Origin: Clostridiales bacterium | GTDB taxonomy: Bacteria; Bacillota; Clostridia; Saccharofermentanales; Saccharofermentanaceae | DNA: 64,000 bases | Direction of reading: 5' to 3' | Assembly (NCBI GenBank): GCA_017513085.1 | Contig: JAFWDK010000003.1 | Location: forward strand, 48,573-112,572 | Part shown: positions 49,514 through 59,896 of the stretch, piece after piece | Layout of the letters: each line of letters starts with the position of its first letter | Position numbering within the stretch: the stretch's first letter is position 1 | The notes under the pieces: model-generated | What the model was told of the DNA's origin: nothing | Seen by the model: the letters and a program-made list of their open reading frames with translations, nothing else | Database searches by the model: none | Made by a program: the position numbers and the translations under genes

Positions 49514-51736
49514 TTACTCTCTGTTCTTCAAAATTTCTGCAGGTGAGATTCGTTTGATCTTTCCGACAAGAAGTGAACTGACGACAAAATAGATCAGGAT
49601 CACCCCCGCTGCAATCAGAAGATACAGATACCAAGAGTACGAAAGATTCATGGAACAGGCCACATTGGCGATGAAATTCGGGTAGATCGTATCGATGATC
49701 TTCTTCGCGATCGGGAAAGCCAGGATCCCGCCGATAAGTACCACATAGAAATTGCCATTGAGATAAAGCTTTCTGATTTCTCCCGGACGGTATCCGAAGA
49801 TTTTGATGAGTGAGATACCCATAGTCGAACGATCGATCATGACAGCCAGCATCAGATACATGACCACCATGAAGATCACCGATCCTGCAGAAAGAAGTGT
49901 TACTGTCAGAGGCGCCATTGTTTCCAGAAAGATAGATGAGCTTTTCTCGATATCCTGCTTACTCGTAACAGAATAGAGACGGCTTTCCTCAATGGAAAGA
50001 GCTGTATCGGAATATACGGCATTGAAGTAATCTTCCTTTTCTCCGAACAGTTCTCTCATGCTCGCCGTATCCATGAAGACAGTAAATCCGACTGAATATT
50101 CACTGATGCCGGTCACGGTAAAGCAGTAATCCATATCTTCTACAGAATCTGTCAGGATGATCTTATCTCCGACCTTATACCCGTATCTTTGCACCATGGA
50201 GCGGTTGATGACACACTTGCTCTTCCCTGCTTCAGGATGAGCATCGAAGAACCGGCTTTCCCCATCGATACCGATGACAGATACATCCAGTGTGTAGCCG
50301 AGGCAGTCGATAGAAAGATTCTTCACGAAAGTAGCTTCCCCGCCTTCCGGTGCCTTTTCATCTGGAAATTTATAAAGATACATGTATTCATATTTCGTAT
50401 CTTCCGTATTCTTATCTTTGACGGATGAACAGAGTACATACGTATTGATGCCAAGGGAAATGATCATAAACGTGATCAGCATGCCGACCACGATCGTGAT
50501 CGCCGAGCGCTTTTCACGAAGAAGCTGGCGGATACTGAAGAGCACCGTAAACTTCTTACACTTGAGATTCACCTGCTTATAACTTCCAGCCGTCTGTTCG
50601 TTCCGAAGAAGAGACAGCGCGGTCTTGGAAAGCTTGCGGTTCACTGTCCAGAGGTTTACGATCAGGCAGATAAAAGCCGGCAGCACCGCTCCGTAAATGA
50701 TCAGGTAAGGAGCATATACGATCGGAAACTGTGGAATCGAAAAGTATTCATAATGGGTCCTTCCCATAAATCCGACGCCCAACGGAGAAAAACCGGCCAG
50801 AAGACCGAGGAGACCGCCCATAAGCGCAGTTACCGTCGGAAGGATCACATAATGTGCTAAAAGATTTCTCTTCTTGACTCCGAGAGCGTAAAGAGCACCG
50901 ATCACAGGCTGTTCTCTTTCGATCTGGTGAACGACGAACACAGAGATCACATATGCGAATAGGAACAGGACGATCACACCGGCGATCAGACCCACTTTCT
51001 TATCCATGATGACATCGCCTGCCGCCCCTTCGATACGGATGTTATCCGCATAGGTGACAAAAGAAGTCAGACCCTCGATCCTTTCTTTCAATTCTTCGGA
51101 AGTTTCATTTCCCAGACGATAGGCATACGTATACGTCTCCACCTTGTCCGGAAGACTATCTTTCAGTTTCCTATATCCATCCTTCGAGACGAACATGATT
51201 CCGAAGCTCTCCGCATCTACGGCCGGTGAAGCAAATGTCTTCAGCATCTGGTCATAATCCGGTACGGATCCGGTCCCCACTACGCTAAAAGCACTGTTCT
51301 CGATCGTAATGCTGTCGCCGATAGATAGATCGTGGACCCGGGCATAGTTCTTTTCGAGAACCACCTCATTCTCGGAAGAAGGAAGCTGACCATCATCGAG
51401 CATGATCAGATCGATCTTCTCTCTCACGGCAAAAGCACGAAGTTCCGATCCGTCGCTGGCACGAAGATCCATGGAAGACATCTTCTCCACGCTTGTTCCC
51501 TTCGAGGTGAGTTCCTTTTCCTGTTCTTCACTCAGAGGAAGAAAAACAGAAAACTGTCCGTCTTCCACCTGATTTTTCTCTTTCCATTTTTCTGTTCCGT
51601 CAATAACGATCTCAGCTGATCCAACTATTCCGACCACAATGTAAATCCCCAGGAAGATCATGAACATCAGCGCCAGATAGCGGCCTAAATTTGATTTCAG
51701 ATCCCGAAGGAGTCTTTTATTCAATACACGATTCAT
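49514..51736 (-). CDS. FtsX/MacB-like ABC permease
   Basis: IGALYALGV and ISLIKIFGY repeats, C-terminal EILKNRE. Confidence 0.85.
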   Translation of the reverse strand: MNRVLNKRLLRDLKSNLGRYLALMFMIFLGIYIVVGIVGSAEIVIDGTEKWKEKNQVEDGQFSVFLPLSEEQEKELTSKGTSVEKMSSMDLRASDGSELRAFAVREKIDLIMLDDGQLPSSENEVVLEKNYARVHDLSIGDSITIENSAFSVVGTGSVPDYDQMLKTFASPAVDAESFGIMFVSKDGYRKLKDSLPDKVETYTYAYRLGNETSEELKERIEGLTSFVTYADNIRIEGAAGDVIMDKKVGLIAGVIVLFLFAYVISVFVVHQIEREQPVIGALYALGVKKRNLLAHYVILPTVTALMGGLLGLLAGFSPLGVGFMGRTHYEYFSIPQFPIVYAPYLIIYGAVLPAFICLIVNLWTVNRKLSKTALSLLRNEQTAGSYKQVNLKCKKFTVLFSIRQLLREKRSAITIVVGMLITFMIISLGINTYVLCSSVKDKNTEDTKYEYMYLYKFPDEKAPEGGEATFVKNLSIDCLGYTLDVSVIGIDGESRFFDAHPEAGKSKCVINRSMVQRYGYKVGDKIILTDSVEDMDYCFTVTGISEYSVGFTVFMDTASMRELFGEKEDYFNAVYSDTALSIEESRLYSVTSKQDIEKSSSIFLETMAPLTVTLLSAGSVIFMVVMYLMLAVMIDRSTMGISLIKIFGYRPGEIRKLYLNGNFYVVLIGGILAFPIAKKIIDTIYPNFIANVACSMNLSYSWYLYLLIAAGVILIYFVVSSLLVGKIKRISPAEILKNRE

Positions 51737-52437
51737 CAGAGATCCTCCAATTCCGCCGCAGGAGTCCGGACTTCGTTTTCGTAGTCTTTCCTGATCATGC
51801 CGTCTTTCAGAAGGATCACCTTATGCACCATATTCTTGATGGAATTGTTATGGGTGACGATCAGCATAGTGGTATTGTATTTTGCATTGATCTTCTCCAG
51901 AAGGACCAGAATGTCTCTGGAAGTTTTTGAATCCAGCGCGCCCGTCGGCTCATCGCAGAGGAGGAGCTTCGGATTCTTGATCAATGCTCTGGCGATCGCG
52001 CATCTCTGCTGCTGACCGCCACTTAACTGGGACGGAAACTTATTCTGATGCTCCGTCAGTCCTAACGTATCCAGAAGCTCATCCATATCCAGCGGATCAT
52101 CGGCAATATGCTGACAGATCTGGATATTCTCACGAACGGTCAGGTTCGGGACCAGATTATAGAACTGGAACACGAAGCCAAGATTCTCTCTTCTGTACTC
52201 AGATAGAGCCATCGGTTTCAATCCGAAAATCTCTTTTCCTTCAACTTTTACAGATCCGGAATCCATTGTATCCAGGCCTCCGATACAGTTCAGGAGTGTC
52301 GATTTACCGGAACCACTGGTTCCTTGGATGACACACATCTGTCCTTTCTCCACTTCCGTACTGATCCCTTTCAGCACCTGAATATAACTTCCGTTTTCTC
52401 CGTAACTTTTCTTCACATCTTGAATCGTCAAATACAT
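51736..52437 (-). CDS. ABC ATPase (LolD/MacB-type)
   Basis: GTSGSGKS, GFVFQFYNL, LCDEPTGALD. Confidence 0.9.
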   Translation of the reverse strand: MYLTIQDVKKSYGENGSYIQVLKGISTEVEKGQMCVIQGTSGSGKSTLLNCIGGLDTMDSGSVKVEGKEIFGLKPMALSEYRRENLGFVFQFYNLVPNLTVRENIQICQHIADDPLDMDELLDTLGLTEHQNKFPSQLSGGQQQRCAIARALIKNPKLLLCDEPTGALDSKTSRDILVLLEKINAKYNTTMLIVTHNNSIKNMVHKVILLKDGMIRKDYENEVRTPAAELEDL

Positions 52438-52476
52438 GGCTGTCTCTTCTCCTTCGCTATTAATACCTTATAACCA

Positions 52477-52492
52477 GTTAGCATCCGCTAAC
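52477..52492. promoter_or_regulatory. Box GTTAGCATCCGCTAAC upstream of FtsX-type ABC operon
   Basis: Exact match. Confidence 0.85.
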
Positions 52493-52542
52493 CGTCGTAT
52501 ACTTTTTTCAGTGATTTTGTTTCATCATGAAAATCTTCCCCT

Positions 52543-53163
52543 TTACTTATCCTTATCTTCGAGAATAAAGTTCATCCATCCCAGGATCAGATGCTCCATC
52601 GCAGGCTTCATGAACCGCAACGCCTTCTTCTCATCTTTAACGTGGGTCAAAAGATGAACGAAAGTCATGATCGAAAGATGCGATAGCCAGTGGACCATCG
52701 GCCGGTTCAGCTGTTTTCCCGGAACCGACTTGGCATAGTTCTCCGCCAGTCCCATAAAGTTCTTCTCGATCATCTCGATAAACTCATCGACCACATGCTC
52801 ATATTTCGAGCCGGTCGATTTCGAGATCAGGAGAGTCACCGCATCGTGGTTCTGATAAAGAACATGGATCAGTTCTTCGACAAAAGGATCGTGGTCACCG
52901 GGCTTATGTACATATTGAGCCAGGTCTTCCTCCATATCCTCTTGAAGGTGATGGATAAGCGCGCCCAACACGCCCTGATAGGTAGGTTCCACCAGAGCCG
53001 AAAAGAGCCCATCCTTATCCTTGAAGAAGAAATAGACTGCTCCGGTCGTCACACCTGCTTTACTGCAGATCTGACGCAGAGAGGCATTCTGAAAACCCTT
53101 CTCCATGAACTCTTCCTTCGCACAGGAAAGAAGCTTTTCTCTCGTTTCATTATCGTTTTTCAT
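52543..53163 (-). CDS. TetR/AcrR-family regulator
   Basis: EFMEKGFQNASLRQICSKAGVTTGAVYFFF HTH; start chosen by GAGG RBS. Confidence 0.9.
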   Translation of the reverse strand: MKNDNETREKLLSCAKEEFMEKGFQNASLRQICSKAGVTTGAVYFFFKDKDGLFSALVEPTYQGVLGALIHHLQEDMEEDLAQYVHKPGDHDPFVEELIHVLYQNHDAVTLLISKSTGSKYEHVVDEFIEMIEKNFMGLAENYAKSVPGKQLNRPMVHWLSHLSIMTFVHLLTHVKDEKKALRFMKPAMEHLILGWMNFILEDKDK

Positions 53164-53191
53164 GATCATCCTCACAATTTGCGTCATTCAC

Positions 53192-53244
53192 ATAACGCTG
53201 TTACGTAACACCGTTATCTTACTTCGGTTATTCTGAATTGTCAA
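53192..53244 (-). promoter_or_regulatory. TetR gene promoter (TTGACA-17-TAAGAT) with 26-bp palindromic operator
   Basis: ATAACGCTGTTACGTAACACCGTTAT 53192-53217; -35 53244-53239. Confidence 0.6.
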
Positions 53245-53368
53245 CACCGTTTTCAGCAATTTTTGTATACCAGAACGGTATAGGATGGTGTTTGGCAGGA
53301 TGGTATAATAAGTCAAGCAATTCCGGCAAGAACCATACCGCTCTTACGAGATGCGAGGAAAATAAACT

Positions 53369-54796
53369 ATGAATAAGACTTTCGTTACTAAAATGCCTAA
53401 CCATATTGGTGCTTTTCTCAAGGCAAGCCGTTGCTTCGCGTCACTCGGGATCAACATTACCCGCGTCAGTTACAACAAAGCCGTAGATTCCCACATGCTG
53501 TTTATCGATGCCGAGGGCACGCCGGAACAGCTTTCCAAAGCGACAGAAGAACTTACCGCGATCGGATATCTGCAGTGTGACGAAGAAGACAGAAGCGTCG
53601 TTCTTCTCGAGTTCAAGCTCAAAGATGAACCGGGAAGCGTTACTTCGGTACTGGAACTGATCAGTGCCTATAACTTCAACATCTCCTATATCAGTTCGCA
53701 GGAAAACGGAACCGAATACCAGCTTTTCAAAATGGGTCTGATCGTGGATAAGCAGGACCGGATCAAAGAATTCATCGAGGAAGCGAAGAAACTCTGCGAT
53801 GTCCGTCTGATCGACTATAACCATGCCGATAAGATCTACGATAACAGTATCTTCTACCATACCTTTGTGGATGAGCTCAGTTCTTCCATGGAGATCTCAC
53901 CGGATTCGAAAAATGAGCTTCTGATCAATACGAACCTCGCTATGCAGATCCTGGATGAGACAGGCGTTTCCCCATATCGGACCTTTGATAGTATCAGCCG
54001 CTTTGCCGAGCTTCTGGCGCTCTCTCGAAAGTCTTCTTTCGAACCCCGGATCACGGAGCATAAGATCTCGGATAATACAGTCATCACCTTGATTGAACCA
54101 CCATGCGGAAGCAATACAGCCATTATCCGAAGTGAAAATGAATACCTGTTCATTGATACCGGATATGCGTGCTACAAGGAAGAAATGCTGGAGATTTTTA
54201 AGAAACTGATTCCGGATTTCGACACAGTCAGAAAGTCAGCCCTGATCACTCATGCTGACGTGGATCACTGCGGACTTCTTCCCCTCTTTGACGAGGTATA
54301 TGCCAGCGCCAAGAGCGCTGCCTGCGTCCGTCTGGAATACGAAGGTAATGACGGATATCGAGAGGTCAATCCTCTCCACAAGCCCTATGTCCGTATTTGC
54401 AAAGCACTGACTTCCTACACTCCGGTATCTCCTGAGAAAGTCACGATCATCGGAGAGGACCGAGAGATCCGTCATCCGCTCGAACAGACCGGATTCTTCG
54501 ATTTCGGCGATCTGCATTTTGAGCTTTACGAAGGCCGCGGCGGTCACCTCAAAGGTGAAACAGTGCTTCTGGATTATGAGCATCACATCGCTTTTACCGG
54601 AGATATTTTTGTAAACCTTAAGGATATGACTCCCCGCCAGCTGCAGTATAATACTTATGCGCCGATCCTGATGACTTCCGTAGATACGGATAAGGAGCTC
54701 TGCACCGAAGAGCGGCAGGCGCTTTTCCAGCGGCTGGGAACCGGGTCCTGGCAGATCTTCGGCGGACATGGTGGCAAGAAAGAGTATAATGTCTAA
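53369..54796 (+). CDS. Tandem ACT-domain plus metallo-beta-lactamase-fold protein
   Basis: MPNHIGAFLKA..INI and LKDEPGSV..FNISYI ACT-like units; IDTG, THADVDH, GH, FTGD, GGHG. Confidence 0.75.
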   Translation: MNKTFVTKMPNHIGAFLKASRCFASLGINITRVSYNKAVDSHMLFIDAEGTPEQLSKATEELTAIGYLQCDEEDRSVVLLEFKLKDEPGSVTSVLELISAYNFNISYISSQENGTEYQLFKMGLIVDKQDRIKEFIEEAKKLCDVRLIDYNHADKIYDNSIFYHTFVDELSSSMEISPDSKNELLINTNLAMQILDETGVSPYRTFDSISRFAELLALSRKSSFEPRITEHKISDNTVITLIEPPCGSNTAIIRSENEYLFIDTGYACYKEEMLEIFKKLIPDFDTVRKSALITHADVDHCGLLPLFDEVYASAKSAACVRLEYEGNDGYREVNPLHKPYVRICKALTSYTPVSPEKVTIIGEDREIRHPLEQTGFFDFGDLHFELYEGRGGHLKGETVLLDYEHHIAFTGDIFVNLKDMTPRQLQYNTYAPILMTSVDTDKELCTEERQALFQRLGTGSWQIFGGHGGKKEYNV

Positions 54797-54826
54797 AAGC
54801 GGACAGGCAAGAAACGGAGAACACAT

Positions 54827-55636
54827 ATGGCACTGGACTATCGGCAGGAACTGGGCGGCACTTTTGATACAGCGGTATCCCTCTATGAGAAGATGCGTCC
54901 CGGCTATGTGGATGAACTATATAAAGTAATCTTCGATTATATTTCCATCAACGAGAACAGCTCGGTGGTAGAAGTCGGAAGCGGAAGCGGACATGCAACT
55001 CTCCCTATTCTTAAGACGGGCTGCGCCCTTACAGCTGTAGAATATGGCGAGAACTTCTCCACGCTTCTCAAGGACAAGTTTAAGGAGTTCAGTAAATTCA
55101 AAGTCCTCACCGGCAAATTCGAAGACGTGGAACTGGAAAAAGACGCTTACGATCTCATCTTCTCTGCCACCGCGTTTCACTGGGTGCCGGAAGAGATCGG
55201 GTATCCCAAGGTTTTTTCATTACTGAAAGAAGGCGGTGCTTTTGCCAGATTTGCCAACCGTCCCAGAAACAGTAAAAACGATCCCGAACTTGCGGAAGAG
55301 ATCGACGCAATCTATAACGATCACTATAACAAATACTATGGCGTCAAGCCCGGAACGAAAGCCTGGTTTACCGAAGATACCGCACGGGAGATCTCGCAGA
55401 TCCCAGGAAAATACGGATTCACCGATATCACGTATCACCTGTTCTACAGAGAAAGAGTCTTCACAGCAGAAGAATACATCCAGCTTCTCGGCACCTACTC
55501 GGATCACATTGCCATCGAAGAAAGCATCCGCAAAGTGTTTTTCAGTAGAATCGAGGAAGCGATCCTCCGCCACGGCGGCACGATCACGATTAGCGACACC
55601 CTGGACCTGGAGCTCGCCAGAAAACCGCACAAGTGA
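54827..55636 (+). CDS. Class I SAM methyltransferase
   Basis: RPGY, VEVGSGSG, YDLIFSATAFHW. Confidence 0.87.
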   Translation: MALDYRQELGGTFDTAVSLYEKMRPGYVDELYKVIFDYISINENSSVVEVGSGSGHATLPILKTGCALTAVEYGENFSTLLKDKFKEFSKFKVLTGKFEDVELEKDAYDLIFSATAFHWVPEEIGYPKVFSLLKEGGAFARFANRPRNSKNDPELAEEIDAIYNDHYNKYYGVKPGTKAWFTEDTAREISQIPGKYGFTDITYHLFYRERVFTAEEYIQLLGTYSDHIAIEESIRKVFFSRIEEAILRHGGTITISDTLDLELARKPHK

Positions 55637-55640
55637 TCCT

Positions 55641-57410
55641 TCAGGCAAGTTTCCAGTTTCCTGCTGACTGTTGCTCTTTCCAAAGTGCAGCATATCTTCC
55701 GTTTTTCAGAAGAAGTTCTTCATGATTTCCTTCTTCGATGATCCTACCGTCATCGAGAACGAGGATATCGTCGGCATTCATGACGGACTGCAGACGGTGG
55801 GCAATGACCAGGACTGTTTTATTCTTCACAAGCTCATCGATGGCTTTCTGAATAAGCACTTCATTTTCCGGATCAAGACTTGCTGTCGCTTCATCCAGAA
55901 ATACGATAGGCGCATCGGAAAGGATCGCTCTTGCAATCGATATCCGCTGCTTCTCTCCTCCCGAAAGAGTGGAACCGCCTTCACCGACCATCGTGTCATA
56001 GCCGTCCGGAAGCGAAAGGATAAAGTCGTGGCAGGCAGCGGCTCTGGCCGCGGAATAGATCTCCTCATCCGTCGCATCCGGTTTACCGATGCGGATATTC
56101 TCCGCGATCGTATCCTTGAACAGATAGACATCCTGAAAAACCATGCTGATCTTCGACAGCAGATGTTCCTGTGTCATGGCATTTACAGGAACCCCGCCAA
56201 TACTGATTCTTCCTTGAGAAATATCCCAGAATCGCGCAAGAAGCCTTGCGACCGTTGTTTTTCCGGAACCGGAAGATCCGACCAGCGCGACGAAATTTCT
56301 CTCCGGAATTTCGAAACTGATTCCTTTGATCACGTCATTTTTCCCATCGTACGAAAAGTGTACATTCTGAAAGGAGATGTCACTGCGGTCTGTGGTTCTT
56401 GCCGGCTCTTCCACGCTTAATTCTTTTTCCTCTTTCAGCCGGATCAGCTTATCTACACACTGATTCATTCTTGCCATACTGATCACAAAGACAAACAGCT
56501 GCATGATCGGCTCATATACCTGAAGTGCCGCCAGAAGCGACATAATGTAGAAGAACGGTGAGATTTCTCCGGATGACAGAAGATATGCACCGGTGCCCAT
56601 GACGATACTGATCCCCAGAAACAATATCGCCCTGCCATACATGGATACGGCACCTCCGGCCTTTTCCTGTTTTTTCGAATCATCCCGAAGTTTGGCAAAG
56701 CTTTTTTGCAATCCTTCAAAAGCACTGCCAGCCCGGTCATAGGCCTGAAGTGTGGTGATACCGCCTGCATATTCGATCACATTCGCAGCTGTCTTCTGAC
56801 GGATGGCGATCAGTTCCGAACTTGTATGTGCGATCCTTTTATAGCTGATCACGGCAAAGGGGATCGCAAGAGGAATGACAACAAACATCGCAAGCGTCAT
56901 TTTCACACTGAATATACTGAGTACGATCAGGGCGATAAGAAGTCTCATCAGGATCACGGCGGCATTGGCCACAACGCTGGAGGACAGGTTTTCGATTTCT
57001 TCGTAATTGGCCATCAAAAGGGTGGAAAGTTCACCGGCATCGTGGTCAGCGAAAAATCCCATCGGAAGTCTTCGAAGCTTATCCCCCAGGCGTAGTTTCT
57101 CCCGCTGCTGAAGGGATACATGCCCAACACAGATATCGAGATAGGATTTTCTTCTCACGATTGCATAGATGATCGTCTGCGCCAGAAGGATTCCGACAAG
57201 GATCCAGAACGGTCTCTGCTCGAATGCTTTTGCCGTATCTAATACCGGAGCAAGAAACATATACACGGCAACCATAAGTATGCTGGAAGGGATCGAGGCC
57301 ACAAAGCTGTCCAGGAAAAGCCATGCGATGAATTTCCCATACCGCTTCTTATCCCCGTAAGTGATTATATTCCACCATTTTGAGAAGTGTTCGCGCTTAG
57401 TCATTTTCAT
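55641..57410 (-). CDS. ABC transporter fused permease/ATPase, IrtB/YbtQ-like
   Basis: LGDKLRRLPMGFF, GSSGSGKT, LDEATASLDPENE. Confidence 0.88.
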   Translation of the reverse strand: MKMTKREHFSKWWNIITYGDKKRYGKFIAWLFLDSFVASIPSSILMVAVYMFLAPVLDTAKAFEQRPFWILVGILLAQTIIYAIVRRKSYLDICVGHVSLQQREKLRLGDKLRRLPMGFFADHDAGELSTLLMANYEEIENLSSSVVANAAVILMRLLIALIVLSIFSVKMTLAMFVVIPLAIPFAVISYKRIAHTSSELIAIRQKTAANVIEYAGGITTLQAYDRAGSAFEGLQKSFAKLRDDSKKQEKAGGAVSMYGRAILFLGISIVMGTGAYLLSSGEISPFFYIMSLLAALQVYEPIMQLFVFVISMARMNQCVDKLIRLKEEKELSVEEPARTTDRSDISFQNVHFSYDGKNDVIKGISFEIPERNFVALVGSSGSGKTTVARLLARFWDISQGRISIGGVPVNAMTQEHLLSKISMVFQDVYLFKDTIAENIRIGKPDATDEEIYSAARAAACHDFILSLPDGYDTMVGEGGSTLSGGEKQRISIARAILSDAPIVFLDEATASLDPENEVLIQKAIDELVKNKTVLVIAHRLQSVMNADDILVLDDGRIIEEGNHEELLLKNGRYAALWKEQQSAGNWKLA

Positions 57411-59196
57411 TCCTCCTCATGATCCATCTGTCGCGATGATCGTTGGCATCGACCATATTCCTGTAGAGTTCACATCGCTGCATAAGTTCATCATGTTTTC
57501 CGATGTCTTCCAGTTTTCCCCCGTTCATTACAAGGATATTATCCGCATTCTGAATGGTTTTCAGTCTGTGGGCGATCATGATGACGGTCTTTCCTTCCGA
57601 AAGCTTAGAGAATGCCTTCTGTATCTTCGCTTCATTTTCTGCATCGGCATAGGCGGTCGCTTCATCGAGAACTACTATCGGTGCATCCTTAAGGATCGCC
57701 CTTGCAATGGCAATGCGCTGTTTTTCACCTCCGGAAAGGCCGGTGCTGTCTGATACGACTGTCTTATACCCGTTAGGAAGGGATTCGATCATCTCGTCGA
57801 TATTGGCAGCTTGTGCGGCTGCTTTTACCTCTTCGAAAGTAGCCTTTTCATTCCCCATGCGGATGTTGTTCTCGATCGTATCGTTAAACAGAAACGAATC
57901 CTGAAACACATACGCGATATTCTTCACCAGATGAGAGTGGGTCACTTCTTTTATATCGACTCCTCCGATCCGGACCGATCCGCTTCCGATCTCATAGAAA
58001 TGAAGAAGCAGTTGCGCGATCGTACTCTTTCCTCCTCCTGATGGACCGACCAGCGCATTGCAGCTTCCCTGAGGGAGATGAAAACTGACATCATTACAGG
58101 CCTTCAGCTCATTTCCGGGATACGAGAAAACTACATGGTCGAATTCGATATCGAATGCCGGGAATGTTTTTCCTTCTCCATTAAGAACGATCTCCGGCTC
58201 ATAAAGCATCTCATCGATCCTCTTCATGCCAACGTTGATCTTCATGCTGTCGATGGATACGTTCATCATGTTCTCGAGAGGTTCTTTTAGGCCTGCACAT
58301 ACAATAAGGAAAAAGAGCACCTTGGGAAGGACTTCCGCATAGTTTCCTGCACCATTCATCATCAGGATCGCCGCGGGAAGCAGGAAAAGCACCTGCGCTC
58401 CGAAAAAGGCATAATACAGTCCCATTCCGTTCGCGTTGTAATAAGCCGTGTCATGGACGGCTTTCGTAAAGGAATTCAGATCTGTCTCATACCGTTTAAA
58501 AGCATTTCCCGTACCACCGAATATCTTGATGACATTCATGCCGTGGATATATTCGACGATCGTTCCCTCCATTTTCGTCTTACTGTCTGCCATACCTTTC
58601 TGAAACGCAGCTCCTTCAGGCTTACGCAGCGCCATCGCCAGTATGATGAATGAACAGATGATCGGAATCAGCGAGACAAGTGTCAGACGCCAGTCCGTAA
58701 TAAATAGCACGATGATCGTAAAAAGCGGTGTTGCGATGGCTGCGGCCACTTCACACATACTGTGGGCAATAAAGACTTCGATCTGTTCGACATCCTCAAT
58801 AAGTAGTTTCTTGATACTGCCCTGCGTATTGGAAGTGTAATACCCCGAGGAGATCCTCCCCATCTTCTCCATCAGTTTCATACGAAGCGCATAGAGAATA
58901 TCGAATGCGGCACCATGGGAAAGCATGGCCGAAGCATACGCACATATGCCATATAGTACTGCACTTGCGGCGGTAATATACACCAGGATCTGCACGGAGC
59001 CGAAGGTAAATCCGGTACCGGTATTATAGGCGCGGATCATTTTCTGCAGTATGGAATAGATCGTAAAAAACGGCACGATCTTAAAAAGACTCAATAAGAC
59101 CGAAAGGGTGCAGGCAGCAGCGAGTTTTCCGCGGTTAGCAGATGCTAACTCGAAGAGACGAGCGATTCCTTCCTTCTTTTTCTGTGATTTATTCAT
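57397..59196 (-). CDS. ABC transporter fused permease/ATPase, IrtA/YbtP-like
   Basis: IEVFIAH, VEYIHGMNVIKIF, LDEATAYADAENE; GGAGG RBS before ATG 59196. Confidence 0.88.
   Translation of the reverse strand: MNKSQKKKEGIARLFELASANRGKLAAACTLSVLLSLFKIVPFFTIYSILQKMIRAYNTGTGFTFGSVQILVYITAASAVLYGICAYASAMLSHGAAFDILYALRMKLMEKMGRISSGYYTSNTQGSIKKLLIEDVEQIEVFIAHSMCEVAAAIATPLFTIIVLFITDWRLTLVSLIPIICSFIILAMALRKPEGAAFQKGMADSKTKMEGTIVEYIHGMNVIKIFGGTGNAFKRYETDLNSFTKAVHDTAYYNANGMGLYYAFFGAQVLFLLPAAILMMNGAGNYAEVLPKVLFFLIVCAGLKEPLENMMNVSIDSMKINVGMKRIDEMLYEPEIVLNGEGKTFPAFDIEFDHVVFSYPGNELKACNDVSFHLPQGSCNALVGPSGGGKSTIAQLLLHFYEIGSGSVRIGGVDIKEVTHSHLVKNIAYVFQDSFLFNDTIENNIRMGNEKATFEEVKAAAQAANIDEMIESLPNGYKTVVSDSTGLSGGEKQRIAIARAILKDAPIVVLDEATAYADAENEAKIQKAFSKLSEGKTVIMIAHRLKTIQNADNILVMNGGKLEDIGKHDELMQRCELYRNMVDANDHRDRWIMRRNEND
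59134..59149. promoter_or_regulatory. Intragenic box GTTAGCAGATGCTAAC
   Basis: Exact match about 50 nt inside the ABC gene (encodes part of ELASAN). Confidence 0.65.
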
Positions 59197-59788
59197 TCGT
59201 ATCCTCCTTGAAAATACAGTCGAAAAGCACGCCAAACAGTTTTTCCTGGGTGCGTGTGTATCCACTTTCGTGAAGCATGGATCTGTTTTCTGCTGTCATA
59301 GCAAGAATCTTGAGCATATTCGCGATCACGGCAACATCAATGTCTTCGCGAACGTTCTCAAACATGGAAAATAATCTGCTAAGCGTTTCGGTCTCTTCAC
59401 CGATATCCGCCTTTCCTTTATCCGGCGATGCTTGAGCAAGTTTCTCTTCATCTTCCGGTGTCAGATACTGATATACACTGTCCTGATTATTGATAATGGC
59501 AGTAAGAACTTTCTTGCTCTCGTCCACAGTCAGCTTTTTCCGTCCGCCAAGCATATCCTTCACGGCTTTCCAGAAACGCATACGGTTAAACTCGATAAGC
59601 TGCAGGACAAAATCTTCTTTAGACAAAAAGAAGTTATAGAATGTACTCTTCCCGATACCGGCTTCCGAGGTGATCTTCTCTACGGACATGTGGGTCATGC
59701 CATACTCTTTCAGAAGCTTCAACCCGGCATGGAACATCTGCTCCTTCAGTCTTTCTTTCTCTTCTAACGTAAAGATCTTCGGTGACAT
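59189..59788 (-). CDS. TetR/AcrR-family regulator
   Basis: YGMTHMSVEKITSEAGIGKSTFYNFF HTH; upstream TTGACA-17-TAGAAT at 59883-59855. Confidence 0.9.
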   Translation of the reverse strand: MSPKIFTLEEKERLKEQMFHAGLKLLKEYGMTHMSVEKITSEAGIGKSTFYNFFLSKEDFVLQLIEFNRMRFWKAVKDMLGGRKKLTVDESKKVLTAIINNQDSVYQYLTPEDEEKLAQASPDKGKADIGEETETLSRLFSMFENVREDIDVAVIANMLKILAMTAENRSMLHESGYTRTQEKLFGVLFDCIFKEDTNE

Positions 59789-59896
59789 ACAATACCTTTC
59801 GCGACCATTCTATAAATTTTTACCGACCATTTTATCTAAAATAGTCGCAAAATGATTCTAGAACAATTTGCCTCTACTGTCAACAACGAAGTTCAT

